Positions 51,001-63,900 of a stretch of 64,000 nt of DNA are shown here, piece by piece. Origin of the DNA: Amoebophrya sp. A120 (taxonomy: Eukaryota; Protista; Dinoflagellata); NCBI GenBank assembly GCA_905178155.1, contig CAJINV010000027.1, positions 185,697-249,696 of the forward strand. The letters are read 5' to 3'. Within the stretch, counting starts at the first letter, position 1. Every line of letters begins with the position of its first letter. The notes under the pieces were generated by a model. It made no database searches, had not been told where the DNA came from, and worked only from the letters and a program-made list of their open reading frames with translations. Both the position numbers and the translations under genes were made by a program.

Positions 51001-54000
51001 ACAACAGCCAGCAACTGCAGCCACTTTCGAAGCAGCAAACCGCTATCGTGAGGAAAAACTTCCCCTCCCCATACTGAAAAGGCAAATTTCCGGAAATTTG
51101 TGATGCTGATTTGTGGTCACACATCGTGTCTGTCTTGCAAGAAGGCAAACCCAGAAGGCCCCCCGCATTATGCCGGCGGTTTGTGATGCGGCAGGGCCTA
51201 CAGCATGGACTTTTGTCATGCTCAGCGCCTAGGCCAAAACCGCTCCCACTCAGGCTTGATATGGGCCTGCAGTCCTCTACTGCAAGACAAGGCTGACTCG
51301 TGTACGCAAATCCAGCATCAGAAGTGTCGTTTTGACATGGGGAGGGGGGATTTTTCCTTACGATAGCCGCAACCTCGAATTTCCCGTTCTCCGCATCCCC
51401 CTCGGTCAAGGACGGTACGGACATCATTCGCGAAAGCTGGTCTGTGAGCAAGCGCTACCAAGTGCAAAATTGTCTGGTTCTGGAAGAATGCAGCTTGTGA
51501 TGCGCATTTGGATTCCAAAAAAATCTGTATTGCATGAGTAGCAAAGGGAATGCAATTTTTGCTACGCTGAGAAGGCATCTGTCAGGCGGAATAGGCATGA
51601 TCAAGAAGCCCTCAAAAAATCTGTATTGCTAGGGTATGCATCACAGATATCATGGCTCATGCAAAACGTGCATGACAAGTGTCAGAATGCTTCTAGACAT
51701 TTTTACAGTTGATAAGCGCAGTGTGAACGCGGCGAACGCCAGTTCGGGACACTACGTGCGGTATATGGATTGCAAAAATGTCTGGGTCGGGAAGGTTGGA
51801 ACTTGTCATGCTAAATCTGAATCAGGCAAAAATCTGTGTTGCATGATTTGCAAATGCTGTCCACTTTTGATCAAGTTGAGAGGCACTGTCTCATGCAGGA
51901 TAGGCATGATAGTGATCTCTCGGAATCTGTCATGCTAGGTCCTCCATTACAGATTAGATGGGTCATGGAAAACCTGCATGACAAGTCTAGCAAAGTTCCA
52001 GACCCAGACATTTTTACACTTGATACGGTACCCGGATGTGCACGAAAGCGAGATTCTGATCCTGTTCAAAGCCTTTGACAAATACGCGGTCGTGCCCACA
52101 ATCCCCTCACCGGCGTCACCCAGCGGGCTGAATTCCCCATTGCGAACGGAAGCAGGTGCAAGTCCCGGTGGTCGTCCGGTCGTGAAGGTGGAAAACGAAA
52201 AAGACGAAAGTGCCCAAGGAACTTCTGTGAAAGGCACATCAGTGAATGCTGGAGCTAAGGCACAGGCCAGTGCGGGGGATCCTGCGGCAGCAAAGCCAGA
52301 AGCGACGGTGCAGCGAAAGTCGGGGAAAATGCTGTACCGCAGAAGATCAAGCGTGTTGGATGGATTGCTGTCTTATCGAAATGAGGAAATTTGAAAGCAT
52401 AACGGGGTGGAAGTTTGTCATGCTGGGGAACAAGCGCAACAAGATTTTGATTTGTCATGCTTGTGAAGTATAGTAGCAGGAACAGGGAAACGTTCCGGCG
52501 GATCTACTAGCTCTGCATGACAAACTCGTTTCTACGCGAGGTGATTCGAAATTTCTGATGCATACCTTCGGCGACAAAGGCAAGAAGCAGCTCTCCTCCT
52601 CCACGGTGCAACACGTCGGGCATTGGCGGGGCGGCGGGCCGCGTCGGCGCGCGACGCAGGAAGACCTCACCACGACGCAAAAAGAAGATAGCGACTGGGA
52701 CAAGAAGGGTGCGAACTTGACTTTTGGTCCGGACGGGCGGCTGGAAATGAAATCTAGGCGGAGCGGGATGACGCACGGAAACGGGCAAGCGTCGGTAACG
52801 CAGCACAGGAGGTTCTCTTTTTCAACGGAAAGCAGTTCGGCGGTGCGCGACCAGAGCAGACATTTATGCATTGCCGACAGTATCGTGTGTTTACGTACAA
52901 ATTGCATGGCAAAGTTTATTTCCGCAGACGAAGATATGAAACTTCTCATGCAGCTTCAGGATTTTAGAAAAGCTGATTTTGTCATTCGAGATTGCAATTT
53001 GTACGGCATGGCCGATACTATGTTTTCGCAGAATCTTCGCATTCCGGCTTCGCAAATTTGAAATCAGCTTCTAAGGAGAGGCTGCTCAGTACTAACGAGG
53101 CTGGAAACAGTGCAACCGGTGGTGGAAATTTGGTGAAGCGGAAACCCAAAGGGTTATCGCGCACGGACTCCTGTTATTCTGTGTAAAAACGTCCGCACCC
53201 CATAGTTGTCACGCAAATCTGCATGCCAAAAAAGTCTCTCATGCGGAGCCCCATGAGAAGCATTTTCTGGTCATGTTTTGGAATTTGTGATGCTAGAATC
53301 AAAACGATAAGCTAGATCTGTGATGCTTCTGAACTACCTAAACAGGATCACACTACGAGGACAAACTTGTCATGCGAAACAACCAAAGATGGCTATTTTG
53401 TCGTGCAGATTTCCCATCTTGACTCTGGTTCGGGGACGTTTTTACTCAGGATACCTGTCTGGGCATGTTCGGCGGAGGTGGTGCGGGAGGGGTCGTCACA
53501 GAAACGAGCTCCCCTAATACCTCGCCAAACCGGAAGCGGAGGGTTTCTAGCTCCACGAGCCCAAACGCTGGTGCTGCGAAGCACGAGAATGGCAAAAGCC
53601 CGAGATCGAGTCCGCGTGGCAGTCTAGCGAAAATCAACAGCCGCCGGAACAGCAGCAGCACGCAGCCAAATGTGAATAACAGCGGCAGTCCGAAGCGGGC
53701 TTCACAGGCGAACGAGAAAAAGCGGCCGTCGGAAGGGCAACCGCAACCACAGCAGCCGCCCTCGCCTGTGCCGCAGATCGAGGATTTTCTTTTGGAAGAT
53801 CTTTTCCGCCATCTGCCGTCTGCAACGAGTTCTACCCCTCTGATCCGTTTCAAACGCCCGGAAGACGACGAACCACCACATATTCTGAGTAAAAACGTCC
53901 CCACGACCTCAGAGTTGTCATGCAAATCTGCATGCCAGAAAAGTTTCTCATGCGGAGCCCCATGAGAGACACGCTCTCTCGTCGTGTTTCGAAATTTGTG

Positions 54001-57000
54001 ATGCTAGAATCAGCATGAGATGCTAGATCTGTGATGCTTCCGAACTAGCTAAACAGGATTACACTACGAAGGTAGACTTGTCATGCGAAACAGCCAAAGC
54101 TGGGTGATTTGTCTACGCAAATTTCTCATCTTGAATCTGTTCGTGTGGGGACATTTTTACTCAGAATACCACCGTTTGAGGGCACGGACGCCCGACTCCT
54201 GTTTTCCCCACGACAATATTCTTGAGAAAAAAACAGGCAGGGCAGATTTGTGATGCAAAAATAAATACACAGAAAAATCTGGCATGGGCGGGCTCATAGC
54301 ATTCGGTTTAGGATATGCAATACAGATTTTTTTGTGTTTTTATTTTCGCATTACAAATGTGACCTGCATGCTTTTTTTTGTGTGATAGACAACAAATGGG
54401 AACGCCCAGTTTGCGGGAGGACAGCGAGCAGGGGGGAAACAGCGGTTTGGGAGCTGCAGGAGGACAGAGTCCACTAGGAGCTGGCAGTGGCACAGCGAGC
54501 ATTGGGTTAGGCGGTGGCAGGATCATGGGCAACCTTGCGGGCGAGCATCTTCAACAAGGGGTACAACTTCCAGGGGGTACGTATGAATTGCAAATATGTC
54601 TGGGTGTGGAAGAATGCAAGTTTGTCATGCTTGTCTGGCATGACTCGAGAATTTGTGTTGCAGAAGCACGAAAAGGCACTCTTACCTGTCATGCAAAAAC
54701 GCAGTTTGCCATGTGGAATGCCTAACACATGGCAGCCAAAGAATTTGTCATGCATAGCTGCGTATTGCAGTGCGTCCATCATTTACTTTTAGCATTACAA
54801 GTTTCCAGACCCAGGCATATTTGCAATCCATAGTACGAAAGACCCGACAAACTCCTCCCCGGCAGGAGGACCACCGACGGGAACTCAGCTGACCGAACAG
54901 CAGCTGACCGCAATACGGAATGCGAACATCAGTGAGGACGAGGAGGAAAGTGACCAGTTTTTCGCACCTACGATCAGCAACAAAACTTCCTCCGCCAGTA
55001 TCCTGAGTAAAAACGTCCCGGTCTAGAGTTGTCATGCAAATCTGCATGCGTAAAACGTTTCTCATGCGCATCCCGATGAGGAGCATTTTCTCATGGTCTG
55101 TGGTACTTTGTTATGCACTAGTCAGGATGAGGAGCTAGCTTCCTGATGCGGCTTCACTAGCCAACCAACGGACCACTACCCTAGGAACCCAAACTTGTCA
55201 TGCGCAGCAACCGATCCCTCTGGATTTGTATTGCTAAAGTAGTTCCCAACTTGAGGACTCTGGGGTCGTGAGGACGTTTTTGCTCGGGATAGCCAGCCGG
55301 GCGCTGAAGAATTTGGAGGAGAGCATCAGCAAGAACGAGATCCGGAGCCCGATAGTATTCTATGTAAAAACGTCCCCACACCGTAGTCAAGTTGGGAAGT
55401 CTGCAAGACAAATCCCCAAGTTTTGGGAGTTCTGCATGACAAGTCTCCATCTCCAGCGTAGTGCTGGCTAGCAAGAAAAGCCTCATGAGAAAGCTATTCT
55501 CTCATCCTGTTTACAGCATTACAAATGCGCAAACACGATTTGAGTTGCACATTTGCATGACAACTCTGGGGTGGGGACGTTTTTGCTCAGGATAGATAGG
55601 GATCGAGAGTCAGAAACTGGGGGCTGGAATGACTGCGGACGGGAAACAAGGCATGATTGCGGCGACGAATTCCGCGAACGGAATTGCAGGTGGAGCAATC
55701 GGTGGCGCGATGGGGGCTTCGACCTCGCCGGCCAACATGAGCGGATTTGTTATCAACTGCAAATATATCATCTGAGTCTCGAAGAGTGCAAACTTGTCAT
55801 GCAGGTTTTCTAGGACCCAAGAGGTCTGGAATGCGGGACCTAGCATGACAGACTCGGTGAGGCCTCTGTCATGCCTATCCTGCATGAGAAATCCCCTCCC
55901 AAATTGGTCGAAAATGGACAGCTTTTGGCACTCATGCAACACAGATTTTTGCATGGTTTGGATTTAGCTTGACAAGTTGCAATCATCCAGACCCAGACAT
56001 ATTTGCAATCCATATTTGTGAAGAAACAGCCAAACGCGTATCTCTCCGCAGTTTTGTCTAGTACAGCTACTGAGGAGCAGAACAACAACAAATATGCAAA
56101 AAAAAAACTGTGCAAGTGTAAATCTGTGATGCAGAAAATGCAAAACGGTTACATTTGTCATGCTCGACATGCATGATTGCCTCGCTTCCTATGTGTTTTC
56201 CTTTCCTATCTGCGCATAACAAGTTTTTCTTGTCATGGCAGACAAACTTGTGATGCTGTTTTCCCAAAAGACTCACACTATCACAGTTTTTTTCTTGGAT
56301 AACAAACCGACAGCGTTCAGCACCACCTCCCCGACGAGCTTCGGAATAAACCAAATGAACTCTACCGCGAATAATTCTCCTCTGCAGAGCCACGCCAGCT
56401 ACTCGAATCTCCCGCCGATGCGAAAAACAAAATTCGCGAATGACGGGACGCAGTATCAAGAGCAACTATCTCTGGGTCTGGAAACCTGTGATGCTTATTT
56501 GCTGCTGGTCGCAACGCTTCCCATGGCAGCCACGCATGACAAGTTTTTGAAACGCCTTCTGATGTCTAGGACGCATTACAAATTGCGTTTTCGCATGAAA
56601 AAGGAAGCGGCTCTTCTGCTGCTCCCGCAACACAGATTTTCTAGGAATACAAGACACGCATTACAAGTTCCATTTTTCCAGACCCAGACATATTTGCAGT
56701 TGATACGCAGCCAATGATGGCGACTGGAGTTGGTGGTGGGGCAGGCGGGGTCATCAGCAATGCGGCTTGTTCACCGCTAACTAATAAAAATCTGTCCTAT
56801 AACCAGAACGTCGCTTTGAATGGCTACACGAATAGTCCGGGGGCGATGAATCAGGACAACCAGAGTGCGGCGAAGTCACGCTTATGCATTGCAAATATGT
56901 TTGGGTCTGGAGGTGGTAACTTGTCATGGTAAATCTGAAGCGTGCAAAAATCTGTGTTGCATGAGTGCCAAAAGCTTTCCACTTTCGACCAAGTTGGGGG

Positions 57001-59460
57001 GGGAGTTTCTCATGCAGGATAGGCATGGCGGAGACCTCGCAGAGTCTGTCATGCTAAGTCCCGCATTCCAGACCTCATGGGTCACGGAAAATCTGCATGA
57101 CAAGTTTACATTCTTCCAGACCCAGAGATTTTTGCATTTGATAACGCTATTATGCGAACAAATCCTCGTTACAGCAGATGGCCAGTTTGATCGCGGAATC
57201 CAGTATCAAAATGAAAAATCCCCCCTCCCCATATTGAAACGGAAATTTCTGTTGCTGGATTTGTTTACACAAATCAGCTCTGTCTTGCAATGAGGCACTG
57301 CAGGCAAAGCCTCAGCCTGCACAGGGGTGTTTTTGTGTAGCTGCTTAGCATAGCAGAGGCCTTCGATGTAGGCGTAACAGCATGACAAATCTCCGGTATG
57401 AAGCGGCGGACTCTCTGGATTTGCCCCCTTGCAAGAGAGGCAGGATTTGCGGTCACAAATCAGCATCACAAATCTTTTCAGTATGGGGAGGGGGAATTTT
57501 TCCTCTCAATATCCAGAAACAAATTGCTAGCGAAGACGGATATCCAGCACTGCTTGCGAGAATTGGGGATCTGCAAGCGGCACAACTGGTTTCTGTGGGA
57601 CGAAGCGGAGCGGATTTTGGAGCAGGTGGGCGAGACGAACAGCAAACTCGCGTTCTTGCCGTTCCTGGCGCTTTTCCAAAGGCTCAAGGAGTTGTCGAAA
57701 CGAATGCTGATGGACATCTTTGACAGCTACAGCAGCAGCCCGAACCGAGAGGAATCCAAGATTCTGACCATGAGCGAAGTATCGAGGCTGCTGACGGATA
57801 TCGGGCTGGCACCGAGGACGAAATCGGAGCAGGACCAGATGAAAATATCGGATGGGAAGAATGTTGAGTTTGTCATGCGGCACACGAAGTGTAGATACAG
57901 TTTCTATATGCATAAGATCCTTGTGATGGTGTCTCCACACATTAACTCAACGACTTTCCACTTTCGATAATCAGCGATTCTTTCGGACTCCGACGTGGAT
58001 AGCAGTGGCGAGATCGACTTCCTGGAATTTCAAGGGCTGTATGCACGCGTGATCTTGGAGTTCGAATTCGGACAACAGGAGCAGATGCTGTACGAGGCGA
58101 GATATTACCATGAAAAATGCCCCCTCCCTATATCAAAAAATCTGTGATGCAGATTTGTGGCCACAAATCAGCTTTGTCATGCTAGAACAGGCAAAAGATG
58201 TAGACACTGTAGGGGTGGCTAGCGTGGGAATAAACCTTTGCATCTTCAGCATGAGAGGAGGCAGCTGGAAGTGAAAAACAGCATGACAAATTACCTGCAA
58301 TCTAAGCCACAGCTGCGTCTCTTGGCCTTTTAGCAATACAAGTCGATTTGCGTACTTACATACAGCATCACAAATCTCCTTTATGATGTGGGGAGGAGGA
58401 GTTTTTCCTTTCAATACGAGGCAGCTGGGATTTACGGACGAGGATCACGTGCTGGAACTGAAGGAGATTTTATCAAATGCAAAAATGTCTGGGTGTGGAA
58501 GAATGCGCGATTTGTCATGCTGCTTTTCCATGACCCATGAGGTCTGGAATGCAGGACCTAGCATGACAGATTCTGCGAGACCTTTCTAATGCCTATCCTG
58601 CATGACAAACTATCTCCCGACTTGGTCAAAACTGGACGACTTTTGGCACTCATGCAACACAGATTTTTGCATGCTGCAGATTTAGCATGACAAGTTGCAA
58701 TCTTCCAGACCCAGACATTTTTACATTTGATAGATTTTCGACATTATCGACACGGACCATAGCGGGAATTTGGATATCACGGAGGTGCGCGAGGTGATCG
58801 GGAAGCTCTACCACATCGCGGCGGGGCAGTCGTTCCTGACCAGCGAGTGCCTCTTATCCAAGAAAAAAACGTTGTTAGTGTAAATTTGTGATGCGCAACA
58901 TGCAAAATGATTGCGTCTGTCATGCTTGGCATGCATTGTAGGGCCTTGTGCAGGGCGTTTTCGCATACTATCTGCGCATGACAGGTTTTTGCTGTCATGC
59001 CAGACAGATTTGTGATGCTGTTCCTTCAAAAGAGTTACACCTACAACGTTTTTTTCTTGGATACCTCTGGGGGCTATTTCACTCTTTGGACCTGCACCCG
59101 CTGAAGGACCAGATTGATTTTCCGAACTTTCTGCGCATGATCCGCTGCATAGAGTCCGGGCACCCAGAATTTGCTCATCTGAAGGCGATCTTCGGTGTCG
59201 GTGAGGACTTTCTGGAATCGGGAATCGGGCTCCTTAGCCTGGCGAGTGCGGAGGATGGCTCTGCAACCGGGGATGACACCGACGCGACTTTGACCAAGGG
59301 TGGAAAGAACGGGGCAGGGGATCAGGGAACGAACGGATCGGCGATTGGCCGAAGGCGGACGGAGGGCGTGGGATTCCCAGGACGCAGCGGGACACAGCAG
59401 GAGGCGAATGAGACGTCGTCTTCCGAGTCGGACTTCATGTCGTCTCCGGTGGGGAGATGA
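42007..59460 (+). CDS. Very large EF-hand calcium-binding protein with long Ser/Thr/Gly-rich regions, about 42 introns; 5' end not resolved
   Basis: The frame was traced continuously from 42007 to TGA at 59458-59460 by removing each element plus 5 nt. EF-hand loops: DVDSSGEIDFLEF (about 57992-58030), FDIIDTDHSGNLDITEV (about 58738-58790) and a weaker DVERDGTLDLIGF (about 45266-45305). Confidence 0.75.
43768..44046. mobile_element. Introner/MITE family B, representative copy; TIR about TATCCTGAGTAAAAACGTCCCCAC
   Basis: TSD aggga. Other copies: 583-834, 2295-2579, 4144-4442, 25161-25442, 34641-34905, 35830-37444, 42962-43260, 43457-43738, 53175-53453, 53881-54168, 54999-55291, 55356-55594, 62643-62921. 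Confidence 0.9.
47714..48024. mobile_element. Introner/MITE family C, representative copy; TIR about TATCNNNNNGAAAAATCCCCCCTCCCCATAT
   Basis: TSD cgtcg. Other copies: 1263-1590, 25773-26093, 42270-42591, 47007-47333, 48616-48935, 49746-50067, 51044-51365, 57204-57511, 58103-58416, 59497-59803. Confidence 0.9.
49313..49521. mobile_element. Introner/MITE family E; TIR about TATCCAAGAAAAAAA
   Basis: TSD aatac. Other copies: 25481-25693, 54217-54387, 56093-56301, 58855-59063, 60970-61160. Confidence 0.85.
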
Positions 59461-60100
59461 CGGGCGGGATGGTATCAAAAACGAAATTTGTGATGGTATC
59501 AAAAACGAAATCCCCCCTCCCCATATCGAAAACGAAATTTGTGATGCTATATTTGAGTACACAAATCAACTTGTAATGCTAGAAGGCCAAAAGACGCAGC
59601 TGTGGCCTCGTTTGCAAGAAATTTGTCATGCTGTTTCCCACTTCCAGCTGCCCCCTGTCATGCTAAAGATGCGAGGCTTTCCCACGCCAACCAGCACACA
59701 GTCCGCATCTTTTCCCTTCTAGCATGAAAAAGCTTATTTGTGGCCACAAATCTGCATCGCAGATTTCTAGTTTGAGTATGGGGGGGGATTTTTCATTTTG
59801 ATAGATGGAGGAGTGAAGAACGGCAACTATCCATGGAAAAAAATGAGTAGACACTGCAGTAAAAGTCAGCAACCTACACATGATCAAAAATATTAAGACG
59901 TGCTTCTGAAAAATGCATCTGTACCAATCCAGCAGACAACAGTGAAGTAAAGCAGTGAAGTAAAAGTAAATAGGCCTTTAGGACAAAATATCAAAGGTCC
60001 TGAAGACAACAATACCAAATTTAGGAAGGGCAACGATAGTTGCAAAGGTACGGAAGTATAGAAGACTACCGAGTTAAATTGGCATGCCAACACTGAAAGG

Positions 60101-60230
60101 AATGAAGTTGTAGCTATAAGCAATGAAGCCGTAGCAGTAAGCAATGAAGTCGTAGCAATAGCAGTGAAGTCGTAGCAATAGCAATGAAGTCGTAGAAATA
60201 GCAATGGAATGATCGTAGTGATAGCAATGG
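60101..60230. repeat. Minisatellite, about 20-bp unit (gcaatgaagtcgtagcaata), about 6 copies
   Basis: Imperfect tandem copies visible directly. Confidence 0.85.
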
Positions 60231-60903
60231 GACCGTATGATGAGGCACTGAAAATAATTCTCGATGGACAGAAGCACTGAATGTTAATAATGCATGTATG
60301 GGGCTTTTACTGTACAGAGTATTGGTGTATGAGACAGACGACATGGTCTAGAAAACGTTTCAAGTTGTAACTGGAAGACTCATATAAAATCGTAAAATTA
60401 TTGCAATAACAATGATCCGCAGGAAAATTACGAAAAGGAGAATCTTCAAGCAGCATGTTATTAAGTGGCGGAACAGTACTTGGGCTTTGTAAGTAGTTTC
60501 AGATAACACAAATGTCGTGTCTTTGGATACGCTATATGCAAGCCGTGCTCCCTACGAAACAAGGTGTTCAGCGAGAATGAATTAAGCTGTCGGTTTTTGT
60601 TTCTGGTTGCACGGTCCTCACGCCGTGCCAACTCTTCTCGGTGGTTACCTCAAGATCCAACGGTTCGTCGATCCTCACAACAAAAGATCATCTGTTTCTT
60701 CATTGTTGTTTAGAAAAATTGCTTCTTCTGTTGCTTTTTCGTCTTTCCTCCCACGTTTGGTTTTCGTCTGCATCTGGACTTGCAATTCGGAACAATTTGA
60801 TTTTTGTGAATCAACTGAAAAAACCATAGGACTTCGAAAGGTGCAATTCCTTTCACAGTAATATCCCTCCTTTCACACAAACCCAAAATGGCGTTTCTCT
60901 GGA

Positions 60904-63900
60904 ATGCGTTTGGTCAGAACGCAGGTTCTGACACCAACCAAGGACGACGCGGGTCCGAACTCGGACCATTATCCAAGAAAAAAACTTGATTTGAACATGA
61001 TACTATGCTGGTTGTGCATAATTAAGACGACATTTGTATGCGGACGACGTTTTCTCGCTATGCATAACATCAGTGTAAGAATGTGTAAGCATTTTCTGCG
61101 TGAGAAATTCTTCTGTCACAGCAAATCAGCATTACAAATCAAGGAAAAACCTCTTTCATAGATGACCCTCTCGAGCAACGGTGACAAAATGTTGAAGGAC
61201 TTCCGCGCCTCCGTCCACAACCACCTGCCAAATTTAGGAGGCGACAACGTATTTTTATATTGCAGTCATGCATTACAAGTTTTTTTCTCAAGGTAAATCC
61301 GCATTACAAATTTTATTTCTCATGCGGAGGGAATTTGTCATGCGTTTATACGAGTACGATACTTTTGCAGTTCATATTTTTTACCACTTATTAATTGCTT
61401 TGCATCAGAAATTTGTTTGTGATAATGAGCTTGTACATGTTATGGTATTCTCGTCTGTAGAAGACTCCTACGCATTTTGTCATCCTCTTTTGTGAAACAA
61501 AACAACTAAACCCCAACTACAGCATGCGTCCAAGAACCAGGGTGTCATCCACACGACCTCGCTGCCGAGTACTGCCGCCCTATGAAGTGAAAATATGTCT
61601 GGGTCTGGAAAATAAAGTGCAAGTTTGTCATGCTTGTCTGGCATGACTCAGAAATCTGTGATGCATGAACAGGAAGAGGCCCTCCTGCGTGTTATGGAAA
61701 AACGCAGTTTGTCATGCGGAAAGCGAAATATAAAGGAGCCCAGGAACTTGTCATGCGTGGCTGCGTATTTTTGCAGTGCGCCCACCAGACACAACCTAGC
61801 ATCACAAGTTTGTTCCAGTCTCAGACATATTTGGAATGCATACGCCAGCGAGAACACCAACACCCCCGCGTTCCACCTGCGCAAGCAGTTCGACTATCAA
61901 AACAGAAAATGCACCCGAGGCCGTACTCAAAAAGGAAATTTGTGATGCTGTTTTGTCACCACGAATCAAAAACAAGTGGCCCGTCGCAATCATTTGCAGA
62001 TGATTTCTCATGCTGCTTTCTGATGTGGAACAAGGTGCGCGCGGTGCTAAACCGCTGCGCACGTACTTACACCACTGGGCAGTTGTCTCGGAAATCGTCT
62101 ACTGAGGTCGTGTCTATTTTGCAAGACAGGATGTTCATTCGGGCATACAAATCGCGCATCACAAATTACTCTTTTTTGAGTATTGAGACGGGTGACGCTT
62201 TTCGTTTTGATATCAACGCAAAACCTATGCCATTCAAAGTGAAGGAAAGGATCCAGGCCATCCCGCTGCGGAACCCGGCAATGCAGGATATCACAATTGA
62301 AAATTTTCAATCGCCCGTATGCAAAGAAACAGTTTCAGTCATGGGTTTCATGTTCCAAGCTCACGATGTAAGTAGCATTAGCATTGTGTTTTGAAAAAAT
62401 ACCTCCCCTTGTAGTTCAAATAGGCGTTGTCATACAACTGTAATGCGTGATGGTGACGGGTTGCACCACAGTAAGTCGTGGCACCAGATGCAGCCTTTGT
62501 TCCGCATCTTTGCGTAGTACCGGGAAAGTAAAAATTTTCACTGTGATAATCCTTGACCGAAATTTCCTGCGAGACCAGCGAGAATTTGGCTTCCTGAACG
62601 CAAAGGCCGGCCAACAACCAGGAGTCGGCGGAGCGTACGGGGTATCCTGAGTAAAAACGTACCCACATCAGAGTTGTAATGCAGATTTGCAAAGACAGGA
62701 AGACTTGTAATGCGCATCCCCATGGTAGCCATTTCCAGTCGTGTTTTGGAATTTGTGACGCTGTGAACCGGATGAGCAGATGAGTCTGTGATGCGGCTGC
62801 ACTTGCTAGCCTGCAGTACACTGCATCGCGCAACTTGTCATGCGTGACTCACAAAGCCCCTAGGTTTGTGTTGCAAAATCCCCATCCTTACTCTGGTGTG
62901 GGTACGTTTTTACTCAGGATACGGGGGAATGCATCCGTATCCAACGAAAAATGAACAGCGTTTGAAAAGGAAGAACAGGAAAATCACTAGGAATTACCCA
63001 AGGGACCTATCGTCTAGGCATCGTTCTGCGCATGACAAGCTTCGTTGTAAGGGATGCAAAAAGATAACTTGTTGAGCACGTGGTCATACGAGCGTCGGTT
63101 TTGACGACTACGAGATGCAGACGTGCGAGTGGCCGCCTTCTCTGTTCTACAACACCCCAACGCTGCGTGTGTCCTTTCCATACCCCACTCCAGAAGAACG
63201 AGATCACCCACACCGTGCGAAAGCATATCCCGAAGAAAAAGTACACCCATGTCCTCGGAAGAGAAGGCAATTTGCGATGGATGCAAACCTTCCTGTGCGA
63301 TGCAGATGTTGCTTTGCTGTCATGAAATAGCGCAGAGACTGTCATGCGGGATAGGGAAGATAGGTTTGTGACCCTGACAGGATTCGTCTTGCAGGATAGG
63401 CAAAGTGCCCGCCTCCGTAATTCTGAAATTGCATCACAGATTTGGGTGTAACTTTCTTCTGGGATAGTCGAATCAGTCCACACCTTGTACGAGGGCACAG
63501 TCATCGCGGAGATATCCCAAATACGAAAATGAAAAGGCTATAGATCCTGGGATGTTGACCCAAACTTGTCATGCCGTGTAGCTCGTCGATCCTACAGTCC
63601 CACTTTGTCATACGATCTGTGATGCTGCGTCACAAATTAATAGCACCTTGGTGACGTCGTGCAGCATGCCTCCACTCCTTCTCGCTCTGCTGCGCATGAC
63701 AAACTTGGCTCCTTGCCGGGAGAAGTTTGTATTGCTGATTGGCATGACAAATTTGGGTCACCTAGTATCATTACATTCTCCTTTCATACCTCTCCGTCAA
63801 GAAACCGGACAACATCTCCGCGAACTTGTGGTTGGCCAACAACTTCGTCAAGATTTTCAAAGAGGTATACAATTTTTGTTTTTTTGTCAAAAATGATCCC

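Noticed and set aside
19-58589. Apparent protein family sharing PDPDIFAFD / [10 protein letters not shown] / KCKNVWVWK peptides
   Set aside because: These are the family A TIR read in different frames, not a protein motif.
62721-62740. gtagccattt resembling the dinoflagellate spliced leader
   Set aside because: Only about 10 nt match and it lies inside a family B element.
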